A stretch of DNA of 64,000 nt from Candidatus Kerfeldbacteria bacterium. Lineage in GTDB: Bacteria > Patescibacteriota > Patescibacteriia > SBBC01 > CAIJZX01. A program made the translations under genes and the position numbers. The DNA is taken from NCBI GenBank assembly GCA_963731735.1, contig CAVSWO010000002.1:334106-398105 (forward strand). Reading direction: 5' to 3'. The notes under the pieces are model-generated. The model saw only the letters and a list, made by a program, of their open reading frames with translations, had not been told where the DNA came from and searched no databases. Below are positions 27,342-37,359 of this stretch, one piece after another (within the stretch, counting starts at the first letter, position 1; every line of letters starts with the position of its first letter).

Positions 27342-29861
27342 ATGCCCGAACTCCCAAAAGCCTACCAACCGTCCGAACACGAAGCCGCGATGTATAAGCG
27401 TTGGGAATCGTCTGGCTATTTTAATCCGGACAATTTACCAAACGCTAAAAAGCGCAAACCGTTTTCAATCGCTATGCCGCCGCCAAATATTACCGGTGAG
27501 CTGCACATGGGTCACGCGCTTGGCATGACGTTGGAGGACATCATGATCCGGTACCAGCGCATGCAGGGGCGGTCGGCCTTATGGTTGCCGGGCACGGATC
27601 ACGCGGCCATCGCCACCCAGGTATTAGTCGAACGGGAGTTACGATCTGAAGGGATTGATCGAAAGAGGCTCGGTCGCGAGAAGTTTCTGGAGCGGGTATG
27701 GCTTTGGAAGGCTAAGTACGGTGGACGGATTGTCGAACAAATTAAGCGGCTTGGCGCCTCGGCCGACTGGTCGCGCGAACGCTTTACGATGGATGATGGT
27801 TTGACCCTGGCGGTCCAAACCGCTTTCAAAAAGCTGTATGACGATGGGTTAATTTACCGTGGCGAGCGGATGATTAATTGGTGCTGGGAGTGCGGCACCG
27901 CGATTTCTGATCTTGAAGTTGAGCACCAAGACACGCCCGGTAAACTTTGGTACCTTCGCTACCCAGTTGTCGACAGTCAGCAAAGCCTGGTGGTGGCTAC
28001 GACGCGACCGGAAACCCTGCTCGGCGATACAGCCGTGGCGGTCAATCCGGATGATGAGCGCTATGCCCAACTGATCGGGAAACGCGTTCGCTTACCGATC
28101 GCCAATCGGGAAATTCCAATTATTGCCGATGCGAGAATTGATCAAGCCTTCGGCACCGGGGCGGTCAAAGTTACGCCCGCCCACGATCCGCTTGATTTTG
28201 AGCTGGGGCAGACCCATCAGCTCCCGCGCCTGCAAGTCATCGGTTTTGACGGAAAAATGACTCCTGAAGCCGGACCGGGTTGGGCCGGACTTTCCATTGG
28301 CAAGGCGCGGGAACAGGTGTTAACCAAGCTGCGGGAGCTGGGGGCGCTCGAGCGTGAACAAGATTATATTCATGCCGTCGGCACCTGTTCGCGCTCGAGA
28401 ACTCCGGTTGAGCCGCTGGTCTCACGGCAATGGTTCTTGCGAATGGCTGGGTTAGCCAAGCCGGCCATGCGGGCGGTTCGCAGCGGTAAAGTAAAAATCG
28501 TTCCGGAGCGTTATACCAAGACATTCTTCCATTGGATGGAACATATTCGGGACTGGAACATTTCCCGCCAAATTTGGTGGGGTCATCGTCTGCCGGTTTG
28601 GTATCAACGGGCTGATGTTCGGCATGAAAACCCAACCGTCGCTTTGCAGCGACCCGGCCCAAGCTGGGTGCAGGAGGAAGACACGCTCGACACCTGGTTT
28701 TCTTCTGGGCTTTGGACTTTCTCCACCCTGGGTTGGCCAAAAAAGACTAAGGATCTGGAGCGATTCCACCCAACCGCGGTGATGGAAACTGGTTGGGATA
28801 TTTTGTTCTTCTGGGTCGCGCGAATGATGATGTTGTCGCTCTACTTCATGAAAGAGGTTCCCTTTAAAACAATTTACCTTCACGGCCTGGTCTTGGATGA
28901 CCAGGGACGGAAGATGTCAAAGTCGAAGGGCACCGGTATTGATCCGCTGCCGTTGGCGGATCGGTATGGTATGGACGCGCTCCGGATGAGCCTGATTGTC
29001 GGCAATGCGCCCGGCCAAGATTTCCGGTTGTTCGAGAAAAAAATTGAGGGCTATCGGAATTTTGCCAACAAGCTCTGGAATATCGGTCGCTTCATTATTC
29101 AACAGCCCGGCGCGGCCAAGCCTCGAACCCCGTCTCTGGCTGATAATTGGATTGTCTGGAAACTTGGGCAGTTGGTGACCGAGGTAACCGCCGCCATTGA
29201 TCGGTATGATTTCTCTCTGGCTGGGCAACGACTATATGATTTTGTTTGGCACGATTTCGCTGATTGGTATTTAGAGGCCAGCAAGGTTCATCCGAACCCA
29301 GCCATGCTTCGGACCGTGTTTGAAATCGTGTTGCCGCTCTTGCATCCGTTCATGCCCTTTATTACCGAGCGATTATGGCAAGCGCTCGGCAAGCCGGCCT
29401 TGGTCATGGTTTCTCCCTGGCCGAAACCACCGGCTGCTTGGAAGCGCCAGCGTGCCGCCGGACAGGCCTTTGAACAACTCCGCGCAACGGTGGTAGCGCT
29501 TCGCCATTTCAAGCTCCACAGCCAACTCCCGGCCAATACGGCGGCTGCTTGTGCCGGACAGATTGACGAGGAATTGATTCGAGCGCTGACGGGAATTCAT
29601 GTTCGCTGCCAACCGCGGCTTGAAATCGTCGGCGGGTACCGCGAAATTGTCCTGGGGACTTCGCGCTTCCAGTTTCCAATTGAATATATTGATCGATTCG
29701 AACGTTGGCGGCAAAAAGAACGGACCTCGCTCGAGCACTATCGTGACCGTCTCAAAACTAAGCTGTCCAATCAAGCTTTTGTAAAACACGCGCCGTCTGA
29801 ATTGGTCAAGGCCGAACAACAAAAATTGGCCGAGACGGAACAGCGTCTCCTAGAGCTTTAG
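27342..29861 (+). CDS. valS: Valine--tRNA ligase
   Basis: PPPNITG.LHMGH, GTDHAAIATQ, ATTRPET, GTGAVKVTPAHD, ISRQIWWGH, KMSKS. Confidence 0.98.
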   Translation: MPELPKAYQPSEHEAAMYKRWESSGYFNPDNLPNAKKRKPFSIAMPPPNITGELHMGHALGMTLEDIMIRYQRMQGRSALWLPGTDHAAIATQVLVERELRSEGIDRKRLGREKFLERVWLWKAKYGGRIVEQIKRLGASADWSRERFTMDDGLTLAVQTAFKKLYDDGLIYRGERMINWCWECGTAISDLEVEHQDTPGKLWYLRYPVVDSQQSLVVATTRPETLLGDTAVAVNPDDERYAQLIGKRVRLPIANREIPIIADARIDQAFGTGAVKVTPAHDPLDFELGQTHQLPRLQVIGFDGKMTPEAGPGWAGLSIGKAREQVLTKLRELGALEREQDYIHAVGTCSRSRTPVEPLVSRQWFLRMAGLAKPAMRAVRSGKVKIVPERYTKTFFHWMEHIRDWNISRQIWWGHRLPVWYQRADVRHENPTVALQRPGPSWVQEEDTLDTWFSSGLWTFSTLGWPKKTKDLERFHPTAVMETGWDILFFWVARMMMLSLYFMKEVPFKTIYLHGLVLDDQGRKMSKSKGTGIDPLPLADRYGMDALRMSLIVGNAPGQDFRLFEKKIEGYRNFANKLWNIGRFIIQQPGAAKPRTPSLADNWIVWKLGQLVTEVTAAIDRYDFSLAGQRLYDFVWHDFADWYLEASKVHPNPAMLRTVFEIVLPLLHPFMPFITERLWQALGKPALVMVSPWPKPPAAWKRQRAAGQAFEQLRATVVALRHFKLHSQLPANTAAACAGQIDEELIRALTGIHVRCQPRLEIVGGYREIVLGTSRFQFPIEYIDRFERWRQKERTSLEHYRDRLKTKLSNQAFVKHAPSELVKAEQQKLAETEQRLLEL

Positions 29862-30463
29862 GACAGGTTCAGTGCTTGTAACGCCTGGGCGTAGGTCTGG
29901 TCTCGATCGTTGACCTGAATGACTGGGAATTGGTACTTTGTGGCTTCTCGCAGAAAGAAATCCGCGTGCATGGGTAACCATTGCACCTCGCGTTCTTTCA
30001 CCCAATCCGAGTAGGTGTTGGCGGCCGCCCAAACACCGCGCTCATAAACCGTTTGGCGAATCCGTTCGGGATCCTTATCGACCAGAAATATTGCTCGGGC
30101 CGATGTTTGATATTCCTGAAAAATGAGTTCTGGCAGAAGGGAAACCCCTTCAATAATCCCGCCGAATCCGTCCTGGATCTTTTTTTGAATGAAGGGCCAA
30201 ATTTCTCTTCCCTCGTCGATTTCGTGTTGCATTACTTCTTGTGGTGAACGCTTCTTCCAGAATTCTTCGGCGGTGATGTCCAGCAATTCCGCTTGCTTTG
30301 GGTACTTATTGGGGTTGTTTTTGGCCAACTCACGCACGTCATCACGAAATTCGTCAACCTGCAATATCGGTAACCCGAGGTGTTGCCCAAGTTGTTTTGC
30401 GACAAATGATTTCCCGGCGGCCGGGGAGCCACCGATGAAAATTGGTTGGCCGTCTGTTGGCAT
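29858..30463 (-). CDS. P-loop kinase (AAA_33 / 2-phosphoglycerate kinase-like)
   Basis: IFIGGSPAAGKS Walker A; IIEG motif. Confidence 0.75.
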   Translation of the reverse strand: MPTDGQPIFIGGSPAAGKSFVAKQLGQHLGLPILQVDEFRDDVRELAKNNPNKYPKQAELLDITAEEFWKKRSPQEVMQHEIDEGREIWPFIQKKIQDGFGGIIEGVSLLPELIFQEYQTSARAIFLVDKDPERIRQTVYERGVWAAANTYSDWVKEREVQWLPMHADFFLREATKYQFPVIQVNDRDQTYAQALQALNLS

Positions 30464-30464
30464 A

Positions 30465-32144
30465 CTACTGCGCCACCCGGAAGACCTCTTCGACGCTGGT
30501 TAGGCCATCGAGGGCTTTCAGTAGTCCGTCTTGGGCCATCGTCACCATGCCTTGTTTTTGGGCAGCATCCCGCATCGCATATTCACTGACATTTCCGGCC
30601 AGGATAATTTTTTCCATGACATCGTCGATCAGCAAAACTTCAAAAATACCGATCCGGCCCTGATAGCCGAGGCCATGACACTGATCGCACCCCAAACCGC
30701 GTTTGAAATTGAGCGCCGCGTCCGCAGCCGGAGCAACGCCGGCCGAGGCCGGTATGTCGTTCAGCATTTTTTTGATACGGGCTTGCGTCGCTTCATCAAG
30801 CTCGGCTGGCGCCTGGCAATGGGTACAAAGCCGGCGAACGAGTCGTTGGGCCACGACCGCGTTGAGGGCCGGCGCCACTAAGAAGGGCTTAGCCCCCATC
30901 GCCAGAAATCGGGGGATAGCTCCAGCCGCATCGTTGGTGTGGACGGTTGAAAGTACCAGGTGTCCGGTGAGGGCGGCCTGGATCGCGGTTTCGGCGGTTT
31001 CCAAATCACGGATTTCTCCGACCATGATGATGTCCGGATCTTGGCGAAGAATTGAGCGCAGGCCTTTAGCAAAGGTATACCCCTTGCCCCAATCCACCTG
31101 GCTTTGATTAATGCCCTCGAGTTTATACTCGATCGGATCTTCGAGGGTGATAATTTTTGTATCGGGTTGATTGAGCTCATTCAAGACCGCATAGAGGGTG
31201 GTGGTTTTTCCGGAACCAGTCGGCCCAGTCACGACCACCATGCCGTTCGGTCGCTGAATTTCTTGCTTGAGAATTTCATAGGCTCGTCCGCGAAGTCCAA
31301 GATCAGAATAACGAATGCCGGCCGCCGAAGCTTTGAGGATACGCATCACGACGCTTTCGCCGAAGGCGGTCGGGAGGGTTGATACGCGCACGTCAATTTT
31401 GTCGTCTTCGAGATAAATTGTGATCCGGCCATCCTGCGGTACGCTGGTCAGATTAAGCTTCAATCCAGACAACAGTTTAATCCGGGAAATAATGCGCGGC
31501 CAAAGTTCATGTGCCAAGGTCGCCACGGTTGTTAAGACCCCGTCAATTCGGAAGCGAACTCTGACCGCGTCTTCTTCGGCTTCGATATGAATATCCGAAG
31601 AATTTGATTCGATCGCGCCGGCCAAAATAATCGTAAAGACATCCGTAATCGAGGCGCTTCGGATGTGTTTATCGAGGTGGCGAAAATCCTTAATTTGTGT
31701 TCGGTAGCGCTCTATTTCTTCTTGGGCCAGGGCAATGCCGCTGACGTGCTGCACAATCTTGGGCAGGCGTTGATAGTTTTTTAAGGCGGTTTCAAGGCTG
31801 TGCTGCGAAATCAGGTAGAGCTCCACGTTGGCATGATGCTTGTCGCCAAGCGTCTCCCTCAGCCCCGGCAAATCGGGTTGCGATGGATCAATCACGCCTA
31901 AGCGGATTTCATTTTGCGTGCGCAAAAAACAGACGGCTTGCAGGCGTCGCGCCTCGGCCTCGGGAATGGTCGCGATAGTTTCTGGGCCGATCGGAAACCC
32001 GACCAGGTTAATATACCCGAGTCCTGCCTGGGACGCTTGTGCTTGGGTTTCTTGTTCTTTTTCTTTGAGCGCGATTTGCGCCATTTTGTCCTGGAGTGCC
32101 GACTCAACGTTCGGCGGCGCCACGTGCGGTGTAGACGGTGTCAT
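30465..32144 (-). CDS. GspE/PulE/PilB family secretion ATPase
   Basis: SDIHIE, R.RIDG.L, PQDGR, GPTGSGKTT, EDPIEY, LRQDPD, GEIRD, TGHLV.ST.HTN, two CxxC. Confidence 0.95.
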   Translation of the reverse strand: MTPSTPHVAPPNVESALQDKMAQIALKEKEQETQAQASQAGLGYINLVGFPIGPETIATIPEAEARRLQAVCFLRTQNEIRLGVIDPSQPDLPGLRETLGDKHHANVELYLISQHSLETALKNYQRLPKIVQHVSGIALAQEEIERYRTQIKDFRHLDKHIRSASITDVFTIILAGAIESNSSDIHIEAEEDAVRVRFRIDGVLTTVATLAHELWPRIISRIKLLSGLKLNLTSVPQDGRITIYLEDDKIDVRVSTLPTAFGESVVMRILKASAAGIRYSDLGLRGRAYEILKQEIQRPNGMVVVTGPTGSGKTTTLYAVLNELNQPDTKIITLEDPIEYKLEGINQSQVDWGKGYTFAKGLRSILRQDPDIIMVGEIRDLETAETAIQAALTGHLVLSTVHTNDAAGAIPRFLAMGAKPFLVAPALNAVVAQRLVRRLCTHCQAPAELDEATQARIKKMLNDIPASAGVAPAADAALNFKRGLGCDQCHGLGYQGRIGIFEVLLIDDVMEKIILAGNVSEYAMRDAAQKQGMVTMAQDGLLKALDGLTSVEEVFRVAQ

Positions 32145-32173
32145 ACCGCCGGGTAGTATACCAAACCTGCCGC

Positions 32174-33310
32174 TTAGCGCCCAGGTTGCTTGGTCGGTTG
32201 ACTGAGCGCCGCCACCAGCGTTTCAACCACCGTCGAAACTTGGCCTGGGATGCGGCCGCGAAGTTGTTCGGCCGAATACTCCGTTAGTTCAGCCGGAAGT
32301 TTCGGAAGCGAGTGGTGGGCCGGGTGCAACAGCGCTACATCGACATGTTGCGGGCTTGCAATCAGGAGTAGGTAATAGGTTGCCTCGGGCGTATTGGTAA
32401 TCAGTTCATCCAAGACACCATACGCTTGGTCGGCTTGGACGCCGAGTTCTTGAAGGTCTTGGGTGGTTAGGCTGGTCCAGACAGTGGTATGGTCATCCGA
32501 GGCCTGAAGCTTCGTCAAGGCGCGTCCCCAGAGCTTAAGTGTGTTGAGTGATTTCGTTTGATACAAGTTACGCACAATTTCATCGCGGTGCGCCCCGGCC
32601 GCCACCAGATGGCTGGCCACCGCCAGAGAGCGCGGAGTGACCGTCTGGCTTTGGAAACCCTTGGTCTTCGACATAATACCGGCCAGCAGAGTAGTGGCCA
32701 GCTGCTCGCTGAACAGTTCGGGATCGAGGGTCTGAATCATCGCAAACACTATTTCCGACACTGAGTTGGCAACGACGTCGACCAGGGGAACTTGGCCAAA
32801 ACGCGTATTGGCTGGGTGGTGGTCGATATTTATAGTTGGCGTGTGCGCGAAAAATTCAACATTCTGCTCATAAAGCGATCCGAGTTGGTCCAGGTTTGTC
32901 AGATCAAGTGTGAGAATCACATCGTGCGCAAAGGGGCCGCTTGAGAGCGTGATGTCTTGTTGTTCAAATTGGCCTTGTTTTGGATTTAAATAAATGTGTA
33001 ATTGATTGCCCTGGAGGTCGTAGCTTAACGAACCGAGTTTGGCCCGGCTTGTATCGACGCTAATGACAAAGTTGCGAAGATTTTTGAGTTCTTGCTGGAC
33101 GTTTTGACTGTTTGGCAGAAAGGCGTGTTCCGGGGCCAAGCTAAATTCGGGACTGACAATTTTGGCCGCTTTGCCGAGTTTTTCACAAACTAAAAAAAGT
33201 CCCAATGCCGCCGCCAACGCATCGGTTGATGGCTTTTTTGGTATACTGATAAGTGGCGATTTGCTGGTTTGTATCAGCGCGATGGCGGGCTGAAAGTCCA
33301 AAGTATTCAT
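32174..33310 (-). CDS. DHH-family phosphoesterase (NrnA-like, divergent)
   Basis: INIDHH retained; N-terminal HxxPDxD replaced by PKKPSTD; LKLWGRAL. Confidence 0.75.
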   Translation of the reverse strand: MNTLDFQPAIALIQTSKSPLISIPKKPSTDALAAALGLFLVCEKLGKAAKIVSPEFSLAPEHAFLPNSQNVQQELKNLRNFVISVDTSRAKLGSLSYDLQGNQLHIYLNPKQGQFEQQDITLSSGPFAHDVILTLDLTNLDQLGSLYEQNVEFFAHTPTINIDHHPANTRFGQVPLVDVVANSVSEIVFAMIQTLDPELFSEQLATTLLAGIMSKTKGFQSQTVTPRSLAVASHLVAAGAHRDEIVRNLYQTKSLNTLKLWGRALTKLQASDDHTTVWTSLTTQDLQELGVQADQAYGVLDELITNTPEATYYLLLIASPQHVDVALLHPAHHSLPKLPAELTEYSAEQLRGRIPGQVSTVVETLVAALSQPTKQPGR

Positions 33311-33848
33311 GAAACAATTACGTGGTCGATCCGGTCAACGGGTTCCGGGCAAGCGACAAAAAAAGAATATCGGAGCTTACCAGGCTGGCCGCCGGCTGTC
33401 AATCCGGTTGGCCTCAGCCGCCGCTACCCGTCAGCTCGGTGCTCGGCTGGCCCTGCAACCAGGCCCTGCGTTGTGGCTGCTGTCAGGGCCGCTTGGCAGC
33501 GGAAAAACCACCTTGATTCGGGGGGCGCTTCGGGCCCTGGGGGTTGCCGCGCCGGTCAAAAGTCCAACCTTTGGGCTAGTCCACCGCTACCCGGTTACCC
33601 GGCACTGGCGTTGGGTGGTGCATATAGATGCCTATCGGGTAACGTCACCGTCCGAATACGCGGCCCTGGATATTGAGGCGGCGATCCATGATCCCGATAC
33701 GCTGGTTTTGATTGAGTGGCCTGAACGCCTTAAAGTCACCTGGCGAACTCCCCGGCGGATAATTCAGTTACAACACCGCCCGAGCGGACGGTTGGTGACC
33801 GTTCGGACTAGCCCGATGCGGCGGCCGCTAATCCGGTCCCGCGACTAA
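33309..33848 (+). CDS. tsaE: t6A biosynthesis ATPase TsaE (start uncertain)
   Basis: LSGPLGSGKT, VKSPTF, HIDAYR, IEWP. Confidence 0.93.
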   Translation: MKQLRGRSGQRVPGKRQKKNIGAYQAGRRLSIRLASAAATRQLGARLALQPGPALWLLSGPLGSGKTTLIRGALRALGVAAPVKSPTFGLVHRYPVTRHWRWVVHIDAYRVTSPSEYAALDIEAAIHDPDTLVLIEWPERLKVTWRTPRRIIQLQHRPSGRLVTVRTSPMRRPLIRSRD

Positions 33849-34065
33849 GCGCGTCGTCAACGACCATTTCCCTGGCATGGAAGGCGATCACCTGTTCCGG
33901 GCTAATTAAGAGTGGGCTGCTGACCATATCAGGCACCAATCGGTTAGGTTTGACGTGATACTGCACCACCGCCTGGGTATCCGGATCAATTTCAATATCT
34001 ACCACGTGGCCGAGCAGTTGCCCGGATTCGGTGCGAACAGCGAGGCGAAGTGGTTTGACGCGCAT
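33808..34065 (-). CDS. PRC-barrel domain protein
   Basis: V.TESG..LG.V.D.EID pattern; follows yidC. Confidence 0.75.
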   Translation of the reverse strand: MRVKPLRLAVRTESGQLLGHVVDIEIDPDTQAVVQYHVKPNRLVPDMVSSPLLISPEQVIAFHAREMVVDDALSRGTGLAAAASG

Positions 34066-34844
34066 TATTGATTCGAAACTACTGGTGACGCCTCGGGTTT
34101 TGGTAGCGGGTGCCGGCGCAAGAACAAATACTGTTGACCCACGGTGAAGAGGGTGGATACGAACCAGTAGAGAGCCAGCCCGGCCGGCAAGGTATACGAG
34201 ATATATCCGGTAATAAGCGGAAACAGGTAGGTCATCTGTCGGTTCATGCTGCTGGTCATGGCTTCATCCCGCGCTTCCGGCGTTTTTGGCTCTTTCGGAG
34301 CAGCTAACATACGAGATTGCCAGAATTGTGAGGCGGCGGCTAAGAGTGCCATCACGACATTGTGGTTTTTAGCCAAATCGACCCACCCAAACAACGATGT
34401 ATTCAAGACGGTTGTTTCGTAAAAATGGCGCATGGCTGGATACACGTTTTGGAGTTGGTCGTGGCTGAGCATGCCCGCGTCATCAACCTTAAGTCCGTTC
34501 AGGAACACACGGAACAGGGCCCAGAGAATTGGCAATTGAATCAATATCGGCAAACATGAGGACAACGGATTGACCTTATTTTCTTTGTACAACTTCATTT
34601 GCTCGCGTGCCAGCTCTTCTTTGTTGTCCTTATATTTTTGTTGCAGCGCTTTGAGTTTTGGTTGGATGGACGTCAGTTGCCGGGAAGCGCGGATGGCAGC
34701 CAGCGACGGAGTGTAGAGAATAAACTTAATCAGCAGTGTAACCGCAATAATCGCTACGCCCATGTCCTGGCCGGGCAGGGATTTTTGCAAAAACAAAACG
34801 GCGTTAAAAATTGGTTGGTAGATGAGCAGGACGAACGGATTCAT
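34065..34844 (-). CDS. yidC: Membrane protein insertase YidC
   Basis: QPKLK.LQ.KYK, QMKLYKE.KVNP..SCLP.LIQLP, LP.GL.LYW. Confidence 0.96.
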   Translation of the reverse strand: MNPFVLLIYQPIFNAVLFLQKSLPGQDMGVAIIAVTLLIKFILYTPSLAAIRASRQLTSIQPKLKALQQKYKDNKEELAREQMKLYKENKVNPLSSCLPILIQLPILWALFRVFLNGLKVDDAGMLSHDQLQNVYPAMRHFYETTVLNTSLFGWVDLAKNHNVVMALLAAASQFWQSRMLAAPKEPKTPEARDEAMTSSMNRQMTYLFPLITGYISYTLPAGLALYWFVSTLFTVGQQYLFLRRHPLPKPEASPVVSNQ

Positions 34845-35083
34845 GATTTATGCGGAATTACATCAACGCCGCCCGGGCTCCACGGATGACAGCGCAGGAG
34901 CCGGCGAATACCAAGCCACAACCCGCGTCCGGTGCCGTGCTCAAGCACGGCCTGTCGCGTATATTCAGAACAGGTTGGATAAAACCGACAGTATCCGTAG
35001 GGGTGGCGATCGCGAAACCAGCCATGATCAGGCGAAAGACTGATTTGATACCAATGAATAAGCTTAGCGATGGCGTTTTTCAT
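34841..35083 (-). CDS. yidD: Membrane protein insertion efficiency factor YidD
   Basis: YQ..LSP, CRFYPTCSEY, RCHPW..GG.D. Confidence 0.93.
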   Translation of the reverse strand: MKNAIAKLIHWYQISLSPDHGWFRDRHPYGYCRFYPTCSEYTRQAVLEHGTGRGLWLGIRRLLRCHPWSPGGVDVIPHKS

Positions 35084-35411
35084 GCGGTGTATAGTGTAGC
35101 AGTTTTTCGATTTCTGCGGTAAGCGCTCGGCTTGTCTGTTCCGCGGCGCCGGGGTGGGCAATGATCAGGAAATCGTGGCACGGGGCGCGGGTGGGGACTG
35201 CGGTGACGATGGCGCGCAGGCGACGTTTGAGGGTGTTGCGCTTATTGGCGAGCTTAGAAACCTTTTTCCCGACAATAAACCCAAATCGGTTCTGTTTTTT
35301 GTTGGTGGGTTTTGTGCGGATGGTAAGCCACCGGCCGCGCAATGCCCGGCTCCCACGCCCAAAGGCCCGGAACTCGCGGTCCGCGGTTATGCGTTGTGCT
35401 CGCGGGAGCAT
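35064..35411 (-). CDS. rnpA: Ribonuclease P protein component
   Basis: RFGFIVGKKV.K.A.KRN..KRRLR (RNR-like motif); rpmH-rnpA-yidD-yidC synteny. Confidence 0.93.
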   Translation of the reverse strand: MLPRAQRITADREFRAFGRGSRALRGRWLTIRTKPTNKKQNRFGFIVGKKVSKLANKRNTLKRRLRAIVTAVPTRAPCHDFLIIAHPGAAEQTSRALTAEIEKLLHYTPHEKRHR

Positions 35412-35415
35412 GTGG

Positions 35416-35553
35416 TTAAACGGATACGCGCTTGCGCCCCTTGGCTCGGCGACGCTTGGTGGTGTTGCGGCCGCCCGGGGAACGTTGACGCTTTAAAAAG
35501 CCGTGGACGCGGGCTCGGCGACGTTTTTTTGGTTGATAGGTGCGTTTGGGCAT
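35416..35553 (-). CDS. rpmH: 50S ribosomal protein L34
   Basis: Translated by hand: [45 protein letters not shown]. Not in the ORF track. Confidence 0.96.
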   Translation of the reverse strand: MPKRTYQPKKRRRARVHGFLKRQRSPGGRNTTKRRRAKGRKRVSV

Positions 35554-35640
35554 AGAAAATCCCGGTCAGTGTACCAGTCAGTTTGGCTTCGGTCAACCGC
35601 TATTCGTTGACCAGGGGATATGCTACATTGGCTTCACAAG

Positions 35641-35699
35641 TTATCCACAGTATATCAACTTTTTGGCTAATTTTAGCGTTTTTTCTGGCCTGTGGATTG
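35641..35699. promoter_or_regulatory. DnaA boxes upstream of dnaA
   Basis: Perfect TTATCCACA at 35641-35649; degenerate TGTGGATTG at 35691-35699. Confidence 0.7.
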
Positions 35700-35744
35700 T
35701 GCTATTATGGTCCTTGCGACTCCTTTGGCCTATTGAGTTTCTCA

Positions 35745-37112
35745 ATGAACGACACAAACCAACTCTGGCAGGCGGCGCTGGGGGAACTAGAACTCCACCT
35801 CAGTAAAGCAAACTTCACAACCTGGTTTAAAAACACCTTTATCGCCGAGCATGATGGTCGGCGCGTTGTGGTTGGTGTGCCAAATGGGTTTACCAAGGCC
35901 TGGTTAGAGCAAAAATACCACGAGGCGATTGTCAAAGCGCTCCATCACGCCAGCAATAAATCGGTTGAAGAGGTAAGTTATCGGGTTGAGTCTCCGCAGC
36001 GATCCGCCCAGGCGTCAGCGGACGCGCCAGCTAGTTCTGGTCAACCCGCGGCTCGCCCGGCTGTGTCGGCAACCAGCTCTCAAACACACACGGGTGTAAA
36101 CCCGAAACACACTTTCGAGCATTTTGTGATTGGGAAAGGTAATGAGTTGGCGCGAGCGGCCGCCAAGGCGGTCTCAGACAAGCCTGGCCAGGTCTATAAT
36201 CCGCTCTTTATTTACGGTGGGGTGGGATTAGGAAAAACACACCTTATTCAGGCGGTTGGAAATGAAATTTTGGCACGTGATCCAAATAAGCGAGTGTTGT
36301 ATGTAACCTCGGAGCGCTTTACGAATGAGTTTATTCAGGCAGTTTCGCGCGGGAGCGCGGAAAAGTTCAAGAATTTTTATCGCGGCGTTGATGCGTTGTT
36401 GATCGATGATATTCAGTTCTTATCTGGCAAGGAGGGAACTCAGGAAGAATTCTTTCATACCTTTAATGCGCTCCATCAAGCAAATAAGCAGCTGGTAATT
36501 ACTTCCGACCGGCCGCCGAAGTCGATCGCGGCGCTTGAGGCGCGCCTGCTTTCGCGCTTTGAGTGGGGCATGATAGCGGATATCGCCCAGCCCGACCTTG
36601 AAACTCGGATTGCCATCTTAGAAGCGAAGTGTCGCGAAAAGAATTATCAACTTGAACCGGAGGTGGTTGCCTATGTCGCCTCAACGGTTCAGAGTAACAT
36701 TCGTGAGCTCGAAGGGGCGCTCAACCGCCTAATTGCCTACCACCAGCTCAACAATGCCCAACCGACGCTCGAGGCCGCCAAAAACATCCTGGGGTCGCTT
36801 GCCCAGGCCCCGCGCCGCGGGGGAATTACCCCGAAACAACTGATTCAAACCGTGGCCACCTTTTTTGACCTTTCGATTGAAGACTTGGTTGGCGCCAGCC
36901 GAAAAAAAGAGCTGGTTGAGCCCCGCCAAATTGCCATGTATCTGTTACGCGAAGAATTACGCTCTTCATTTCCGGCTATCGGCAATGAGCTTGGCGGGCG
37001 TGATCACACCACGGCTATGCACGCCTGTACAAAAATCACCAAACAGATTGAGAAAGATGAAAAAACAAAACAGGATGTTTCATTAATTAAGCAGCGCCTG
37101 TACGCGGCTTGA
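35745..37112 (+). CDS. dnaA: Chromosomal replication initiator DnaA
   Basis: YNPLFIYGGVGLGKTHL, LLIDDIQF, QEEFFHTFN, NIRELEGAL, GGRDHTT. Start at MNDTNQLW. Confidence 0.99.
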   Translation: MNDTNQLWQAALGELELHLSKANFTTWFKNTFIAEHDGRRVVVGVPNGFTKAWLEQKYHEAIVKALHHASNKSVEEVSYRVESPQRSAQASADAPASSGQPAARPAVSATSSQTHTGVNPKHTFEHFVIGKGNELARAAAKAVSDKPGQVYNPLFIYGGVGLGKTHLIQAVGNEILARDPNKRVLYVTSERFTNEFIQAVSRGSAEKFKNFYRGVDALLIDDIQFLSGKEGTQEEFFHTFNALHQANKQLVITSDRPPKSIAALEARLLSRFEWGMIADIAQPDLETRIAILEAKCREKNYQLEPEVVAYVASTVQSNIRELEGALNRLIAYHQLNNAQPTLEAAKNILGSLAQAPRRGGITPKQLIQTVATFFDLSIEDLVGASRKKELVEPRQIAMYLLREELRSSFPAIGNELGGRDHTTAMHACTKITKQIEKDEKTKQDVSLIKQRLYAA

Positions 37113-37359
37113 GTGGGGATGGGCTGTGGTTATGGCCTGTGAAAAAATTGTTTCTCGCGCGCACAGTCTGTGGATGTCGCGGGGAACGGCGGGCAAGGTT
37201 TTCCACGCGCGTCTTGCCTGAAAAAACTTTTCCCGATATAGCACTGTAAGTTCTCCGATTCTCCGTCCACTCCGGCCACACGTTTCCAGCTTCGCCTGAC
37301 GAGTCCGACTGAGTTTTCCCCCTCATCCACATGCCTTACTACTACCACTACAATACAAT
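37113..37359. other. Probable oriC (dnaA-dnaN intergenic region)
   Basis: Several degenerate DnaA boxes. TTTTCCCCC-TCATCCACA (37314-37331) is followed by TGCC and a CTA/TAC trinucleotide run consistent with DnaA-trios. Confidence 0.75.
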
